In this document: positions 35,026-45,352 of the stretch, one piece after another
How the letters are laid out: the number at the start of each line of letters is the position of its first letter
Numbering within the stretch: position 1 is the stretch's first letter
Assembly: GCA_002361955.1 (NCBI GenBank)
Contig: DESK01000059.1
Coordinates: forward strand, 7,145 to 71,144
DNA: 64,000 bases
Reading direction: 5' to 3'
DNA from: Lachnospiraceae bacterium UBA3316
GTDB lineage: Bacteria; Bacillota; Clostridia; Lachnospirales; Lachnospiraceae
Position numbers and translations under genes: made by a program
Notes under the pieces: generated by a model
Told to the model about the DNA's origin: nothing
Seen by the model: the letters and a program-made list of their open reading frames with translations, nothing else
Databases searched by the model: none

Positions 35026-36308
35026 GGCAGTTTTGCGATCCCGGCGTCGATCAGTTTCTGAAGGGCCTTCAGGATGCCAAGCTTGGCATGGTACCAGGTA
35101 AGTCCTCCCTGAAAATATACGGCGTAGGGGGGCTTGATGGGGCCGTCGGCAGAAAGCTCGATGGAGGAGCCCTGCACAAAAGCGCCGGCCGCCATGATCA
35201 CCTCACTGTCATAGCCGGGCATCGCCCACGGCTCCGGCGTCACATAGCTGTCCACCGGTGCCGCGGCCTGGATCCCCTCGCAGAACGCCACCACTCCCTC
35301 GGGAGATCCAAAGGTTACGGCCTGTATGATGTCGTGACGGCTCTCGCTGCCGTCCGGCACCACGGGAAAGCCCAGCCTCTCAAAGACATTGGCCGCGAAT
35401 ACTGCCCCTTTTAACGCTCCCGCCGTCACCGTGGGCGCCAGGAAAAAGCCCTGGTAAAATGACTGCATGACCCCCAGGGAAGCGCCAACCTCCCGTCCCA
35501 GGCCGGGAGAGGTAAGCCGGTAAGCCGCATTTTCAATACACTCCTCCGTGCCCGCGATATAACCGCCGATGGGCGCCAGGCCGCCTCCCGGATTTTTGAT
35601 CAGAGAACCAACCACCATATCGGCTCCCACATCTGAAGGCTCCGTGCGTTCCACAAACTCCCCGTAGCAGTTATCTACCATACAGATGATATCGGGGCGG
35701 ATTCCCTTTACGAAGGCGATCGCCTCCCCGATTTTTTCCACTGACAGAGTGGGTCTGGTCTGGTATCCCTTCGAGCGCTGAATGGCCACCAGCTTCGTGG
35801 CAGGCGTGACAGCCTGCCGGATACCTTCCAGGTCAAAGCTTCCGTCTGCAAGGAGATCCACCTGACGGTAGGTGATGCCGTACTCAGCCAGGGAACCCTT
35901 TGACGGGCGGATGCCGATCACCTCCTCCAGGGTATCATAGGGCTTTCCTGAGATAGACAAAAGCTCGTCCCCCGGCCTGAGATTTGACATCAAAGCCAGA
36001 GCCAGGGCATGTGTGCCGCAGGTAATCTGGGGACGCACCAGCGCCGCCTCCGTATGAAAGGCCGCCGCGTAAACCTCCTCCAGCTTATCACGTCCCAAAT
36101 CATTGTAGCCGTAGCCGCTGCTGGCATTGAAACACTCGGCGCTTACCTTGCATTTCTGCATGGCCCCGATCACCTTCAGCTGATTGTACTCCGCAGTGGC
36201 GTCAATGGCCTCAAATCTCTCCTTCAGCTCTGATTCAATCCTTTGCCCGTAGTCCAGCACCTCACTGCTGATGCCGAGGCTGCGGTAAACACTCTCCATT
36301 GTTTCCAT
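35022..36308 (-). CDS. ynbB: YnbB / methionine gamma-lyase-like PLP protein ('aluminium resistance')
   Basis: GYGYNDLGRD, GTHA, DNCYGEF, GSLIKNPGGG. Confidence 0.92.
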   Translation of the reverse strand: METMESVYRSLGISSEVLDYGQRIESELKERFEAIDATAEYNQLKVIGAMQKCKVSAECFNASSGYGYNDLGRDKLEEVYAAAFHTEAALVRPQITCGTHALALALMSNLRPGDELLSISGKPYDTLEEVIGIRPSKGSLAEYGITYRQVDLLADGSFDLEGIRQAVTPATKLVAIQRSKGYQTRPTLSVEKIGEAIAFVKGIRPDIICMVDNCYGEFVERTEPSDVGADMVVGSLIKNPGGGLAPIGGYIAGTEECIENAAYRLTSPGLGREVGASLGVMQSFYQGFFLAPTVTAGALKGAVFAANVFERLGFPVVPDGSESRHDIIQAVTFGSPEGVVAFCEGIQAAAPVDSYVTPEPWAMPGYDSEVIMAAGAFVQGSSIELSADGPIKPPYAVYFQGGLTWYHAKLGILKALQKLIDAGIAKLP

Positions 36309-36310
36309 TT

Positions 36311-37267
36311 TTACCTCCCTGGCAGAATCTCTTTTTCTCTCAGAATTTCCGCCATCCTTTCCAGTATTTTCTCATGATCGTAGGCAAAAGCCTCTTTGTC
36401 GATCCAGCAGACCTCCTTCTCCCGCCGGAACCAGGTAAGCTGCCTTTTGGCAAAGTGGCGCGTATCACGTTTAATAATATAGACAGCCTCCTCGAGGGTG
36501 CATTCGCCGTTCAGATAACTCAAAATTTCCTTATAGCCAAGGCCCTGCATGGACACCATCTCCCTGGTGCATCCCCTCTCCCTGAGGGCCTGCACTTCCT
36601 CCACCAGGCCGTTTGCCACCATGATGTCCACCCGCTCATCAATCCTTTGATACAGCCTGTCCCGCCTGTCATTTAAGACAAAGTAGGCAAACTGATAGGG
36701 GGAAACCTTTTGGCGCTCCTTCTCGTTGTGCCTGGAAATAGGTTCCCCGGTCTCTTTATAATATTCCAGCGCCCGGATCACCCGCTTCACATTATTGGCA
36801 TGGATCTGTTCTGCCGAAACGGGGTCAACGCTTTTCAGCATCTCATGCAGCGCATCCGCTCCCTTTGTCCTAGCCAGGGCTTCCAGCTCCCTCCGGCAGC
36901 TGCCGTCCCCGCCGTTCTCCGTAAAATCAATATCATAGAGCACTGCCTGGATATAAAAGCCCGTGCCGCCCACTAATACCGGGACGCGCCCCCGGCTGTA
37001 AATCTCCTCCATACAGCGGCGGGCGCATTCCTGAAACCGGACGACGTGAAATTCCTCCTCCGGCTCAAAAACATCCACCAGATGATGGGGTACGCCCTGC
37101 ATCTCCTCCGGGCGGATTTTCGCGGAACCGATATCCATATGCTTGTATACCTGCATGGAATCCGCGGAGATAATCTCCCCGCCCACCATCTTTGCCAGAC
37201 GGATCGACAACTCCGTCTTCCCTACAGCCGTAGGGCCTGTCAAAATAATCAATGGTCTTTTCATCAT
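36311..37267 (-). CDS. miaA: tRNA dimethylallyltransferase
   Basis: GPTAVGKT, SADSMQVY, VGGTGFY, AKRQLTWF. Confidence 0.98.
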   Translation of the reverse strand: MMKRPLIILTGPTAVGKTELSIRLAKMVGGEIISADSMQVYKHMDIGSAKIRPEEMQGVPHHLVDVFEPEEEFHVVRFQECARRCMEEIYSRGRVPVLVGGTGFYIQAVLYDIDFTENGGDGSCRRELEALARTKGADALHEMLKSVDPVSAEQIHANNVKRVIRALEYYKETGEPISRHNEKERQKVSPYQFAYFVLNDRRDRLYQRIDERVDIMVANGLVEEVQALRERGCTREMVSMQGLGYKEILSYLNGECTLEEAVYIIKRDTRHFAKRQLTWFRREKEVCWIDKEAFAYDHEKILERMAEILREKEILPGR

Positions 37268-37268
37268 G

Positions 37269-39311
37269 TTATACGACTCTCTTAAATTTTTTCTCCAGCT
37301 CATACTTTGTCATGGAGATGATCGTGGGCCTGCCGTGGGGACAGTTGTAGGGATTTTCCAGGGAAAGGAGCTCGTCGATCAGCGCCTCCGCCTCCCTGGC
37401 AGACATCCTGTGCCGCCCCTTCACAGCCGCCTTGCAGGACATAGAGGCGATCCTCTCATGGATGACCTCCGCCTGTATCCGCCCCGTCTGCTCTGCCAGT
37501 CCGTCCAGCATCTCGAGAAACAGCTCCTTCTGGGCAATTCCATAGAGGTTTGCCGGGACGGCGCTGACCGCGTATTCCCGCCCGCCGAAGGGCGCGATCT
37601 CAAAGCCTAGGCTTTGAAACTGCTCCTGATACTGGGACAGGAGGGTCTCCTCCTGCATATTCAGCGTGAGGATCAAAGGCGGCGAAAGCTGCTGGGAGGT
37701 AAATTCCTTCTGCTTCAGGCTTCGCATAGTGCGCTCATAGAGCACCTTCTCGTGGGCGGCATGCTGATCGATAATGTAGAGCTTTTCCCGGAACTCCACC
37801 AGCCAGTAGGTATCAAAGAGCTGGCCGATCAGACGATGCTCCCTGATATGCTCCTTAGACAGAAGCTTTTCTTCAAAAAGATCCATCTGGCGGGCCAAAA
37901 CACTCTCCTGTTTCACCCCAGTCTCCCCAGAAGGATCCGTCACTTCCTTCGGGGCTTCTGCCCTTTCTTTTGGATTCTTCGGGGCAGCCTCCTCCGGCGG
38001 CAAAGCCTTCTCCTGCGCAGATGCAGGCACCTCTGCCGACACCGGCGCGAGTGTTCCCGGTTTTTTCTCCGTAAGGTAAGAGCGCATCCTCTCCTCCGGC
38101 TTCCGGTGATCCTCCCGGCTCCTCCCCTCCTTTACAAACTCCTCCACAGGCTTCAGCACAGGCATTTCCAGACTGCCGGTCCGATCCGTCCTGTAAGCTC
38201 CCCGTTCCTCCCGGATCTGCTCCATGCGCTTCTTCTCAAAAGGCTCCGGCACCGAGGAGGGCTGCTTCATAGGGGGAAGATCCCTCTTTTTCTGCTCCTC
38301 CACAGCCACCACCGGAATCAGCTCCCTGTGAAAGAGCCCCTGCCTTACCGTGTCATGGACCAGCTGGTACATGCCCTGATTGTCGGCAAACCGCAGCTCC
38401 ATCTTTGTGGGATGCACGTTGATATCCAGAAGCCCGCCGTCTATAGAAAAATGCAGGGCCGTAAAGGGGTATTTATGCTGCATCAAAAAGGTCTTGTATC
38501 CGTCCTCGATGGCCTTTGAGAGAATCCCGCTGCGGATATACCGCCCGTTGATAAAGTAATTCTCATAATTTCTGTTTCCCCTGGAGATAACGGGTTTCCC
38601 GATAAAGCCGTCGATGGAAATGTCTCCCTCTTTCCTGTGGATCTCCACCAGGTTGGCGGCAATATCCCTGCCGTAGATGCCGTAGATCACATCCTTCAGG
38701 TTGCCGTTTCCCGAAGTATGGAGCTTTGTCTGGTTATTGCTGATAAATTTGAACGCGATTTCCGGATGGGACAGAGCCATACGTTCCATCAGATCGCTGA
38801 TATAGCCGGCCTCCGTAGCCGGCGTCTTCAGGAACTTTTTTCTGGCAGGCGTATTGTAAAAAATATTTCTCACAAGAAAGGTGGTTCCCTCCGGCGCGCC
38901 GATCTCCTCTGAGCTCTTTTCTTTTCCACCCTCGATCACATAGCGGACGCCTGTCAGGCTCCCCGCCGTCTTTGTGATAAGCTCCACCTGGCAGACGGCG
39001 GCAATGCTTGAGAGAGCCTCCCCGCGGAATCCCAGGGACGCCACGCTTAAAAGATCCTCCACTTTCTGGATTTTGCTGGTGGCATGGCGCAGAAATGCCA
39101 AAGGCACCTGAGACGCCCCGATGCCCTCCCCATTATCGGTGATGCGGATCAAGGAAATCCCGCCCTCCTTGATCTCCACAGTGACGGCGTTTGCCCCTGC
39201 GTCTATGGCGTTTTCTACCAGTTCCTTGGCGATGGAGGAAGGACGCTCAATCACTTCCCCCGCCGCAATCTTATCAATCGTATTCTGATCTAATACCGCA
39301 ATCTGTTTCAT
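37269..39311 (-). CDS. mutL: DNA mismatch repair protein MutL
   Basis: IAAGEVIERP, KELVENAIDA, GFRGEAL, DQHAAHEKV, CPHGRP. Confidence 0.99.
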   Translation of the reverse strand: MKQIAVLDQNTIDKIAAGEVIERPSSIAKELVENAIDAGANAVTVEIKEGGISLIRITDNGEGIGASQVPLAFLRHATSKIQKVEDLLSVASLGFRGEALSSIAAVCQVELITKTAGSLTGVRYVIEGGKEKSSEEIGAPEGTTFLVRNIFYNTPARKKFLKTPATEAGYISDLMERMALSHPEIAFKFISNNQTKLHTSGNGNLKDVIYGIYGRDIAANLVEIHRKEGDISIDGFIGKPVISRGNRNYENYFINGRYIRSGILSKAIEDGYKTFLMQHKYPFTALHFSIDGGLLDINVHPTKMELRFADNQGMYQLVHDTVRQGLFHRELIPVVAVEEQKKRDLPPMKQPSSVPEPFEKKRMEQIREERGAYRTDRTGSLEMPVLKPVEEFVKEGRSREDHRKPEERMRSYLTEKKPGTLAPVSAEVPASAQEKALPPEEAAPKNPKERAEAPKEVTDPSGETGVKQESVLARQMDLFEEKLLSKEHIREHRLIGQLFDTYWLVEFREKLYIIDQHAAHEKVLYERTMRSLKQKEFTSQQLSPPLILTLNMQEETLLSQYQEQFQSLGFEIAPFGGREYAVSAVPANLYGIAQKELFLEMLDGLAEQTGRIQAEVIHERIASMSCKAAVKGRHRMSAREAEALIDELLSLENPYNCPHGRPTIISMTKYELEKKFKRVV

Positions 39312-39319
39312 TCTGGAAA

Positions 39320-41983
39320 TCACCACCTGTTTTTCAGCTTCTGCTGCAGCCTGTAAAGTGTATTCAGCGCGTCGATAGGCGTCAGATGCCCCACATCGAT
39401 CTCGCCAAGCTCCTTTAAGATATCCTCCTCACGCACCGTCTCAAAGAGCGACATCTGTTCCACATCCACCTGGTCGTACTTCTTGACTTTTTTTGCCTTT
39501 TTCCTGGCGCCTGTGTCTGCCTTGATTTCACTGACCTTCTCCGTAATATCCGCGTTGCTCAGCTCCTCCGCCAGCTCCTTGGCCCTCTCGATCACCGAAT
39601 CAGGCACGCCGGCCAGCTTTGCCACCTGGATCCCGTAGCTCTTATCGGCACCTCCCTTTACGATCTTCCGGAGGAACACAATATCATCGCCCTTTTCCTT
39701 CACCGCGATGCAATAATTGTTCACAGAGCTGATCTTTCCTTCCAGCTCCGTCAGCTCATGGTAGTGTGTGGCAAACAGGGTCTTCGCCCCCAGAAGCTTT
39801 GGATTGCTGATATGCTCCACCACGGCCCAGGCAATACTCAGCCCGTCAAACGTACTTGTGCCTCTGCCAATCTCGTCTAGGATCAGCAGGCTGTCCCTGG
39901 TGGCATTGCGCAGAATGTTGGCCACTTCCGTCATCTCCACCATAAACGTGCTCTGGCCGGAAGCCAGGTCGTCGGAAGCCCCCACACGCGTAAAGATGCG
40001 GTCCACGATACCGATCTTTGCGGCGTCCGCAGGAACAAAGCTTCCCAGCTGCGCCATCAGCACGATCAGCGCCGTCTGGCGCATATAGGTGGATTTTCCC
40101 GCCATGTTGGGCCCGGTAATAATGGACACCCGGCTGTTCCCGTTGTCCAGATACGTGTCGTTGGAAATAAACATATCGTTGCTTATCATCTTCTCCACTA
40201 CGGGATGACGCCCGCCCTTGATGTCGATGACGCCCTTTTCGTTGATCTTCGGCCGCACATAATGATTGTGCTCTGCCACCACGGACAGGGAGGCGAACAC
40301 GTCCGTCTGGGCAATGGCCCTGGCCGTCTGCTGGATACGGACCACCTGATCCGCAATCTGGTCGCGGACGCCGCAGAAAAGCTCATATTCCAGGACAGAC
40401 AGACGGTCTTCCGCCCCCAGAATCATATCCTCCAGCTCTTTCAGCTCCGGCGTGATGTAGCGCTCGGCGTTTGTCAGCGTCTGTTTTCTCGTATAGCGCT
40501 CAGGCACCAGGTCCTTGAAGGAGTTTGTCACCTCCAGATAATAGCCGAATACCTTGTTAAACTTTATTTTCAGGTTTTTGATTCCTGTAGACTCCCGCTC
40601 CTTCGCCTCCAGCTCGGCCAGCCAGGTTTTTCCCTCCGTCTTGGAGCTGCGGAGCTTGTCGATCTCCTCATGATAGCCGTTCTTTATGATACCGCCCTCC
40701 CGCACCATAATCGGCGGCTCATCCACAATCGAGTCCTCCACCAGCCTGCAGAGATCCTCCAGCGGGTCAAGCTCCTTCTCGATCTCCTTTAGAAGCTCAG
40801 ACTGAAACCCTTTCAATATGTACTTGATATGGGGAAGCATCGACAGGGAGCTTTTAAAAGCGATGAGATCCCTGGGATTGGCCGACTTGTAGCTGATCCT
40901 GCCGATCAGGCGCTCCAGGTCATAGACGGGATTCAGATACTCCCGTATCTCCTCCCTGGAAATGGCATTTTCGTTCAGCTCCTGGATTGCGTCCAGACGG
41001 CGGTTGATCTCCTTCTTTTCAATCAACGGCTGTTCAATAAAGCTCCTTAACATCCTGGCTCCCATGGCCGTCTTTGTCTTATCCAGCACCCACATCAGGG
41101 AACCCCTCTTCTGCTTTTCCCGGAGAGTCTCGCACAGCTCCAGATTCCGTCTGGTGGAGCTGTCGATAATCATATATTTCCCCGTCACATAGGGTACAAG
41201 CCTGGTCAGGTTCGCCAGAGAGCTTTTCTGGGTCTCCATCAGGTAACGGAGCAGGGCTCCCGAGGCGATCACACCGCAGTCATAGTCCGACAGGCCCAGG
41301 CCCTCCAGGGATTTCACCTGAAAATGCTCCATCAGCGTCTGCCTGCACAGATCATCGTCAAAATACCAGTCCTCCAGGGAATAGACGCTGATCCCCATCC
41401 TGGACTTCAGATCCTCCATATCCATCCCGCTCACATAGAAAGATTCATTGCAGATAATCTCCGCCGGGACGAATTTTGTGATCTCATCCATCAGCTTTCT
41501 GGCTCCGTCCAGCTCAGTCATAAAATAATCTCCGGTAGTAATATCGGAGATGGACACGCCGTATCGATCCGCCGTGTATACAATACACATAATATAATTG
41601 TTTTTCGTCTCATCCAGAGCCTGGATATTCATGTTCGTTCCCGGCGTAACGATACGGATCACGTCCCGCTTCACGATGCCCTTCGCCTGCTTCGGATCTT
41701 CCAGCTGTTCGCAGATCGCCACCTTATATCCTTTGCCCACCAGCCGGTTCAGATAACCATCCACCGCATGATAGGGAATCCCGCACATAGGCGCCCTCTC
41801 GGGAAGGCCGCAGTCCTTTCCCGTCAAAGTGATCTCAAGCTCTCTGGATGCCGTAATTGCATCCTCAAAAAACATCTCATAGAAATCTCCCAGCCGGTAA
41901 AAAAGGATGCAGTCCTGATACTGCTCCTTTGTCTTTACATATTGCTGCATCATCGGCGTCAAACGCGCTGTGTCAATGTTCAT
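39320..41983 (-). CDS. mutS: DNA mismatch repair protein MutS
   Basis: TPMMQQY, GDFYEMF, GPNMAGKST, DEIGRGT, SYGIQVA. Confidence 0.99.
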   Translation of the reverse strand: MNIDTARLTPMMQQYVKTKEQYQDCILFYRLGDFYEMFFEDAITASRELEITLTGKDCGLPERAPMCGIPYHAVDGYLNRLVGKGYKVAICEQLEDPKQAKGIVKRDVIRIVTPGTNMNIQALDETKNNYIMCIVYTADRYGVSISDITTGDYFMTELDGARKLMDEITKFVPAEIICNESFYVSGMDMEDLKSRMGISVYSLEDWYFDDDLCRQTLMEHFQVKSLEGLGLSDYDCGVIASGALLRYLMETQKSSLANLTRLVPYVTGKYMIIDSSTRRNLELCETLREKQKRGSLMWVLDKTKTAMGARMLRSFIEQPLIEKKEINRRLDAIQELNENAISREEIREYLNPVYDLERLIGRISYKSANPRDLIAFKSSLSMLPHIKYILKGFQSELLKEIEKELDPLEDLCRLVEDSIVDEPPIMVREGGIIKNGYHEEIDKLRSSKTEGKTWLAELEAKERESTGIKNLKIKFNKVFGYYLEVTNSFKDLVPERYTRKQTLTNAERYITPELKELEDMILGAEDRLSVLEYELFCGVRDQIADQVVRIQQTARAIAQTDVFASLSVVAEHNHYVRPKINEKGVIDIKGGRHPVVEKMISNDMFISNDTYLDNGNSRVSIITGPNMAGKSTYMRQTALIVLMAQLGSFVPADAAKIGIVDRIFTRVGASDDLASGQSTFMVEMTEVANILRNATRDSLLILDEIGRGTSTFDGLSIAWAVVEHISNPKLLGAKTLFATHYHELTELEGKISSVNNYCIAVKEKGDDIVFLRKIVKGGADKSYGIQVAKLAGVPDSVIERAKELAEELSNADITEKVSEIKADTGARKKAKKVKKYDQVDVEQMSLFETVREEDILKELGEIDVGHLTPIDALNTLYRLQQKLKNRW

Positions 41984-42000
41984 GTTTACCTCACTTCAAA

Positions 42001-43452
42001 CTAATTTCCTTCTAATTCTCCAAGATAATAAAAGCCCTTGCTCTCGGTCAGCGTCACATTCACGATCTTTCCGATCAGCTCCTCTGTGCCCGGAAAGTGT
42101 ACCAGCAGATTGTTCCCCAGGCGCCCTGTCACAAGGTCTGGATCCTGCTCGTTGATCTGTTCCACCAGGACAGGCACTGTCTGTCCCTCAAAACGGCTGC
42201 TGGTTTCCTTTGAAATGGCCTGGACCTCCTTTAAAAGCCTGTCAAACCGTTCCTTCACCACATCCTCCGGCACCTGGTTTTCCATGGCTGCCGCCGGAGT
42301 TCCCGTTCTCTTGGAATAGATGAATGTAAACGCGCTGTCGTAGCGCACCTTCCGCACCACATCAAGCGTCTCCTGAAAATCTTCCTCCGTCTCCCCCGGA
42401 AATCCCACGATAATATCCGTCGTCAGGGAAATGTCGGGTATAGCCTCCCGGAGTTTTTCCACCAGGCGCAGATACTGCTCCTTTGTGTAACGGCGGTTCA
42501 TGATCTTCAGGAGGCGGCTGCTCCCGGACTGCAGCGGAAGGTGCATATGATGGCAGACCTTGGGAAGCTCCTTCATGGCCTGGATCAGCTCGTCCGACAG
42601 ATCCTTGGGATGGGAAGTCATAAAACGGATGCGCTGGATGCCGTCAATCTTTGCCGCCTCCCGCAGAAGCTCCGCAAAGGTGACGGGCATTTCCAGATTT
42701 TTTCCGTAGGAGTTTACATTCTGTCCAAGAAGCATGATCTCCACCACGCCGTCCGCCGCCAGTTTCTCAATCTCCCGCAGGATATCCTGAGGCTTGCGGC
42801 TTCTCTCCCTCCCCCTCACATAGGGGACAATGCAGTAGCTGCAAAAATTGTTGCAGCCAAACATGATGTTAACCCCCGATTTAAAGAAGTATTTTCTCTC
42901 CGCCGGAAGATCCTCCACAATCTTGTCCGTATCCTTCCAGATATCGATGACCATCTCCTCAGACTCCAGGCTGCAAAAGAGAAGCTCTGCGAATTTATAA
43001 ATATTGTGAGTGCCAAAGATCAGATTGACAAAGCGGTAGCTCTTTTTCAGCTTTTCCACCACCGAGGGCTCCTGCATCATGCAGCCGCAGAGAGCGATCC
43101 GCATACCCGGATTTTTCTTTTTCAGGCTGTGAAGAAACCCAAGTCTTCCGTAAACCTTCTGGTTCGCGTTATCCCGGACTGTGCAGGTATTGTAGATCAC
43201 AAAATCCGCGTGTTCGTCGGAGACGGTCTCATAGCCCACCTCCTCCAAAATACCTGTCAGCTTCTCGCTGTCCCTTGCATTCATCTGACAGCCCATGTTG
43301 ACTACACAGGCCTGGGGACGGCGGCCATGTTCCTTTGCGAAAGCATCCGTCCACTCCCTGCATTTTGCCATAAAATAATACTGCCTTTCAGGCTCTGCCA
43401 ACGGAGGCTCCTGGGCGGTATCGATTTTTGTAATATCTATTTCATTATACAT
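42001..43452 (-). CDS. miaB: tRNA-2-methylthio-N6-dimethylallyladenosine synthase
   Basis: GCQMN, GCNNFCSYC radical SAM motif, C-terminal TRAM domain. Confidence 0.98.
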   Translation of the reverse strand: MYNEIDITKIDTAQEPPLAEPERQYYFMAKCREWTDAFAKEHGRRPQACVVNMGCQMNARDSEKLTGILEEVGYETVSDEHADFVIYNTCTVRDNANQKVYGRLGFLHSLKKKNPGMRIALCGCMMQEPSVVEKLKKSYRFVNLIFGTHNIYKFAELLFCSLESEEMVIDIWKDTDKIVEDLPAERKYFFKSGVNIMFGCNNFCSYCIVPYVRGRERSRKPQDILREIEKLAADGVVEIMLLGQNVNSYGKNLEMPVTFAELLREAAKIDGIQRIRFMTSHPKDLSDELIQAMKELPKVCHHMHLPLQSGSSRLLKIMNRRYTKEQYLRLVEKLREAIPDISLTTDIIVGFPGETEEDFQETLDVVRKVRYDSAFTFIYSKRTGTPAAAMENQVPEDVVKERFDRLLKEVQAISKETSSRFEGQTVPVLVEQINEQDPDLVTGRLGNNLLVHFPGTEELIGKIVNVTLTESKGFYYLGELEGN

Positions 43453-43494
43453 TTTTCTATCTTTTATCCCTTTCTGGCATACTCATTTTGCTGG

Positions 43495-43565
43495 CTGCGC
43501 GGTAACCACTATCCCCATTATACACAAAATAAAGCAGTTTGCAATGAAAAAAGGTTACCGCGCAG
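43495..43565. repeat. Perfect 13-bp inverted repeats flanking the miaB promoter
   Basis: CTGCGCGGTAACC (43495-43507) and GGTTACCGCGCAG (43553-43565), 45 bp apart. Confidence 0.9.
43517..43544 (-). promoter_or_regulatory. sigmaA promoter of the miaB-mutS-mutL operon
   Basis: Minus strand TTGCAA, 16 bp, TATAAT, about 60 nt before the miaB ATG. Confidence 0.7.
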
Positions 43566-43620
43566 ACCTGCCTGAACGGTTAGTTACTGTGCACAAAGTG
43601 AACAGTACCAACGGTTACGC

Positions 43621-44517
43621 TCAGACTCCATATTTTAAAAAGCACAGGGGAAGCCAGCGAATCTCCCGATAAACCTCCTTCTGATATGCCAAATCCATCG
43701 GAAATCCTGCCTCATCCGCCACCGTCTCCACTGTGACAGCAGGCCGTCCATACCTTTCCGAATAATAGTTGACGGAGTTTCCGCCGTCAAACGTTGTCTC
43801 CCTCTCCTCCCTAGGGCTGCCAAGCCGATAGCCGGAGAGCTTCTGCATGCGCTTCGCCAGACGCTTTCCCCTGCGGTTGTACCTCCAGGTCATAGCCCTG
43901 CGATAATAGTACAAAACCTTCCCTCTGGAGTGGACGTCAAGATACCCCACCGATTCCGGGAACTCCGCAAATGCCCGTATCAAAGCCCTGGTTTCCGGCT
44001 CACTGGCAGCCTCCTCCATCCCCTCCCTTGGCAGGAAGGAAGCACAGGGGAAATTTCTGTTGATATCCACGCCTCGTCCATTCCCTTTCCACTCCTTCCA
44101 GGGAATGCCCTGGTTTCCGGCCTTTTCCCGGAGAGCCGCGTTTTGCAGTATCCCCCCGTCTCCCAGGGCGATCTCATAGCCGTCCGGATTCATAAGGGGC
44201 AGAAAATAAATGCTGTATTCCCGCAGAAGCTTCTTTCCCGGCTCAAACAGGGGATCGCTGTATTCATTCTCCCGGATCAGCGCGTACGTCTCAATCATCT
44301 GAAGTATCGCTGCTGTGTTGGCGCTCTCCCTTCCATGGATTCCCGCGCTCACCAGCAGGCACTTTGGGGAATCCCCCAGAAGGACTCCCGGGATTTCCCT
44401 GTCATCCGCGCTTTCTCCCGCAGGCCGATAGGACAGGTGCGCCGGATACCTGTGCGACATCTCCTTCAGTTTTTCTGTGATCTCCTCCGCCGTATACCTT
44501 CTATCCAGTTCTACCAT
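43621..44517 (-). CDS. M14 zinc carboxypeptidase (gamma-D-Glu-mDAP peptidase-like)
   Basis: HGRE, MNPDG, NGRGVDINRNF, DVHS, TVE. Confidence 0.88.
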   Translation of the reverse strand: MVELDRRYTAEEITEKLKEMSHRYPAHLSYRPAGESADDREIPGVLLGDSPKCLLVSAGIHGRESANTAAILQMIETYALIRENEYSDPLFEPGKKLLREYSIYFLPLMNPDGYEIALGDGGILQNAALREKAGNQGIPWKEWKGNGRGVDINRNFPCASFLPREGMEEAASEPETRALIRAFAEFPESVGYLDVHSRGKVLYYYRRAMTWRYNRRGKRLAKRMQKLSGYRLGSPREERETTFDGGNSVNYYSERYGRPAVTVETVADEAGFPMDLAYQKEVYREIRWLPLCFLKYGV

Positions 44518-44571
44518 CCGATCTCTTCCCGTCTCCCTCTTTCTTTATCATATGGAAAGAAGCAAAGAAGG

Positions 44572-45120
44572 TTACAGCCGATAAATCCGGGACTCCGTTA
44601 TGAGCATCCCGGGGGACAAATCAAAGGGCTCTGCCGGAACCTCCGGCACAATCTGGAAATCAAAGGCCGGGGCAATGGTGGAAAGCTGGGTATGGATGTT
44701 CAGAAACCTGTCATAAAATCCGCCTCCATAGCCGCAGCGGTGAAGCTTCTTGTCAAAGGCAACCCCCGGCATGATCATAAGCGCCGTTTCGCAGAAAGCT
44801 TCCTCTCCCCCCACGGGCTCCGGGATCCCGTAATAGCCAGGAGCCGTTTCCTCATAGGATGTTATATAGAAGAAACGCATTTCTTTTCCAAATACTTTCG
44901 GTACGGCCACCCGCTTTCCCTGGTTCCAGGCAGCTTCTATCAGGGAACGCATGCACACCTCCCCTTTACAGTCCATGTAGGCGTAAATGCAGGAAGCCTC
45001 CTTCCAAAGGGATGTCTCCATGATCTTTTCGCAGATGACGCGGCTCTTTTCCTCCAGCTCCTCCCTTTGGAGCAGGCGCCTGGCCGCAAAAATCTGTTTT
45101 CTAATTTCCTTTTTTTCCAT
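44572..45120 (-). CDS. 5-formyltetrahydrofolate cyclo-ligase
   Basis: KKEIRK, GIPEP, PGVAFD, GYGGGFYDRFL. Confidence 0.96.
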   Translation of the reverse strand: MEKKEIRKQIFAARRLLQREELEEKSRVICEKIMETSLWKEASCIYAYMDCKGEVCMRSLIEAAWNQGKRVAVPKVFGKEMRFFYITSYEETAPGYYGIPEPVGGEEAFCETALMIMPGVAFDKKLHRCGYGGGFYDRFLNIHTQLSTIAPAFDFQIVPEVPAEPFDLSPGMLITESRIYRL

Positions 45121-45319
45121 AGCGCTCCCCCAGATTCGTAATGCTTCCGTCCTTCTCCTTCACATCAATATGATCCAGCTGCGCCCGAAGATTCATCTTC
45201 ACAGCCTCAATATATTCCCGGCGCAAAGCGGCCTGCTCCTCTCTCTCTGCTCCTGTCAGGCCCTCCGCCTTTGCTTTTCTTGCCAGCTCATTAATTCTCT
45301 TCAGCTTTTCCTCATTCAT
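45101..45319 (-). CDS. DUF896/YnzC family protein
   Basis: KRINELARKAK...LT..E..EQ..LR.EYI. Confidence 0.9.
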   Translation of the reverse strand: MNEEKLKRINELARKAKAEGLTGAEREEQAALRREYIEAVKMNLRAQLDHIDVKEKDGSITNLGERYGKKGN

Positions 45320-45352
45320 CACTTCACACCTCATTCAAATAAGATACCGCTC

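Noticed and set aside
43930-45141. 403-aa + strand ORF
   Set aside because: Antisense to the M14 peptidase and 5-FTHF cyclo-ligase genes; no recognisable motifs.
45101-45319. ynzC as an SOS gene, as in the B. subtilis yneA-yneB-ynzC operon
   Set aside because: It is 35 kb from yneA, inside the proB operon, with no SOS box seen.
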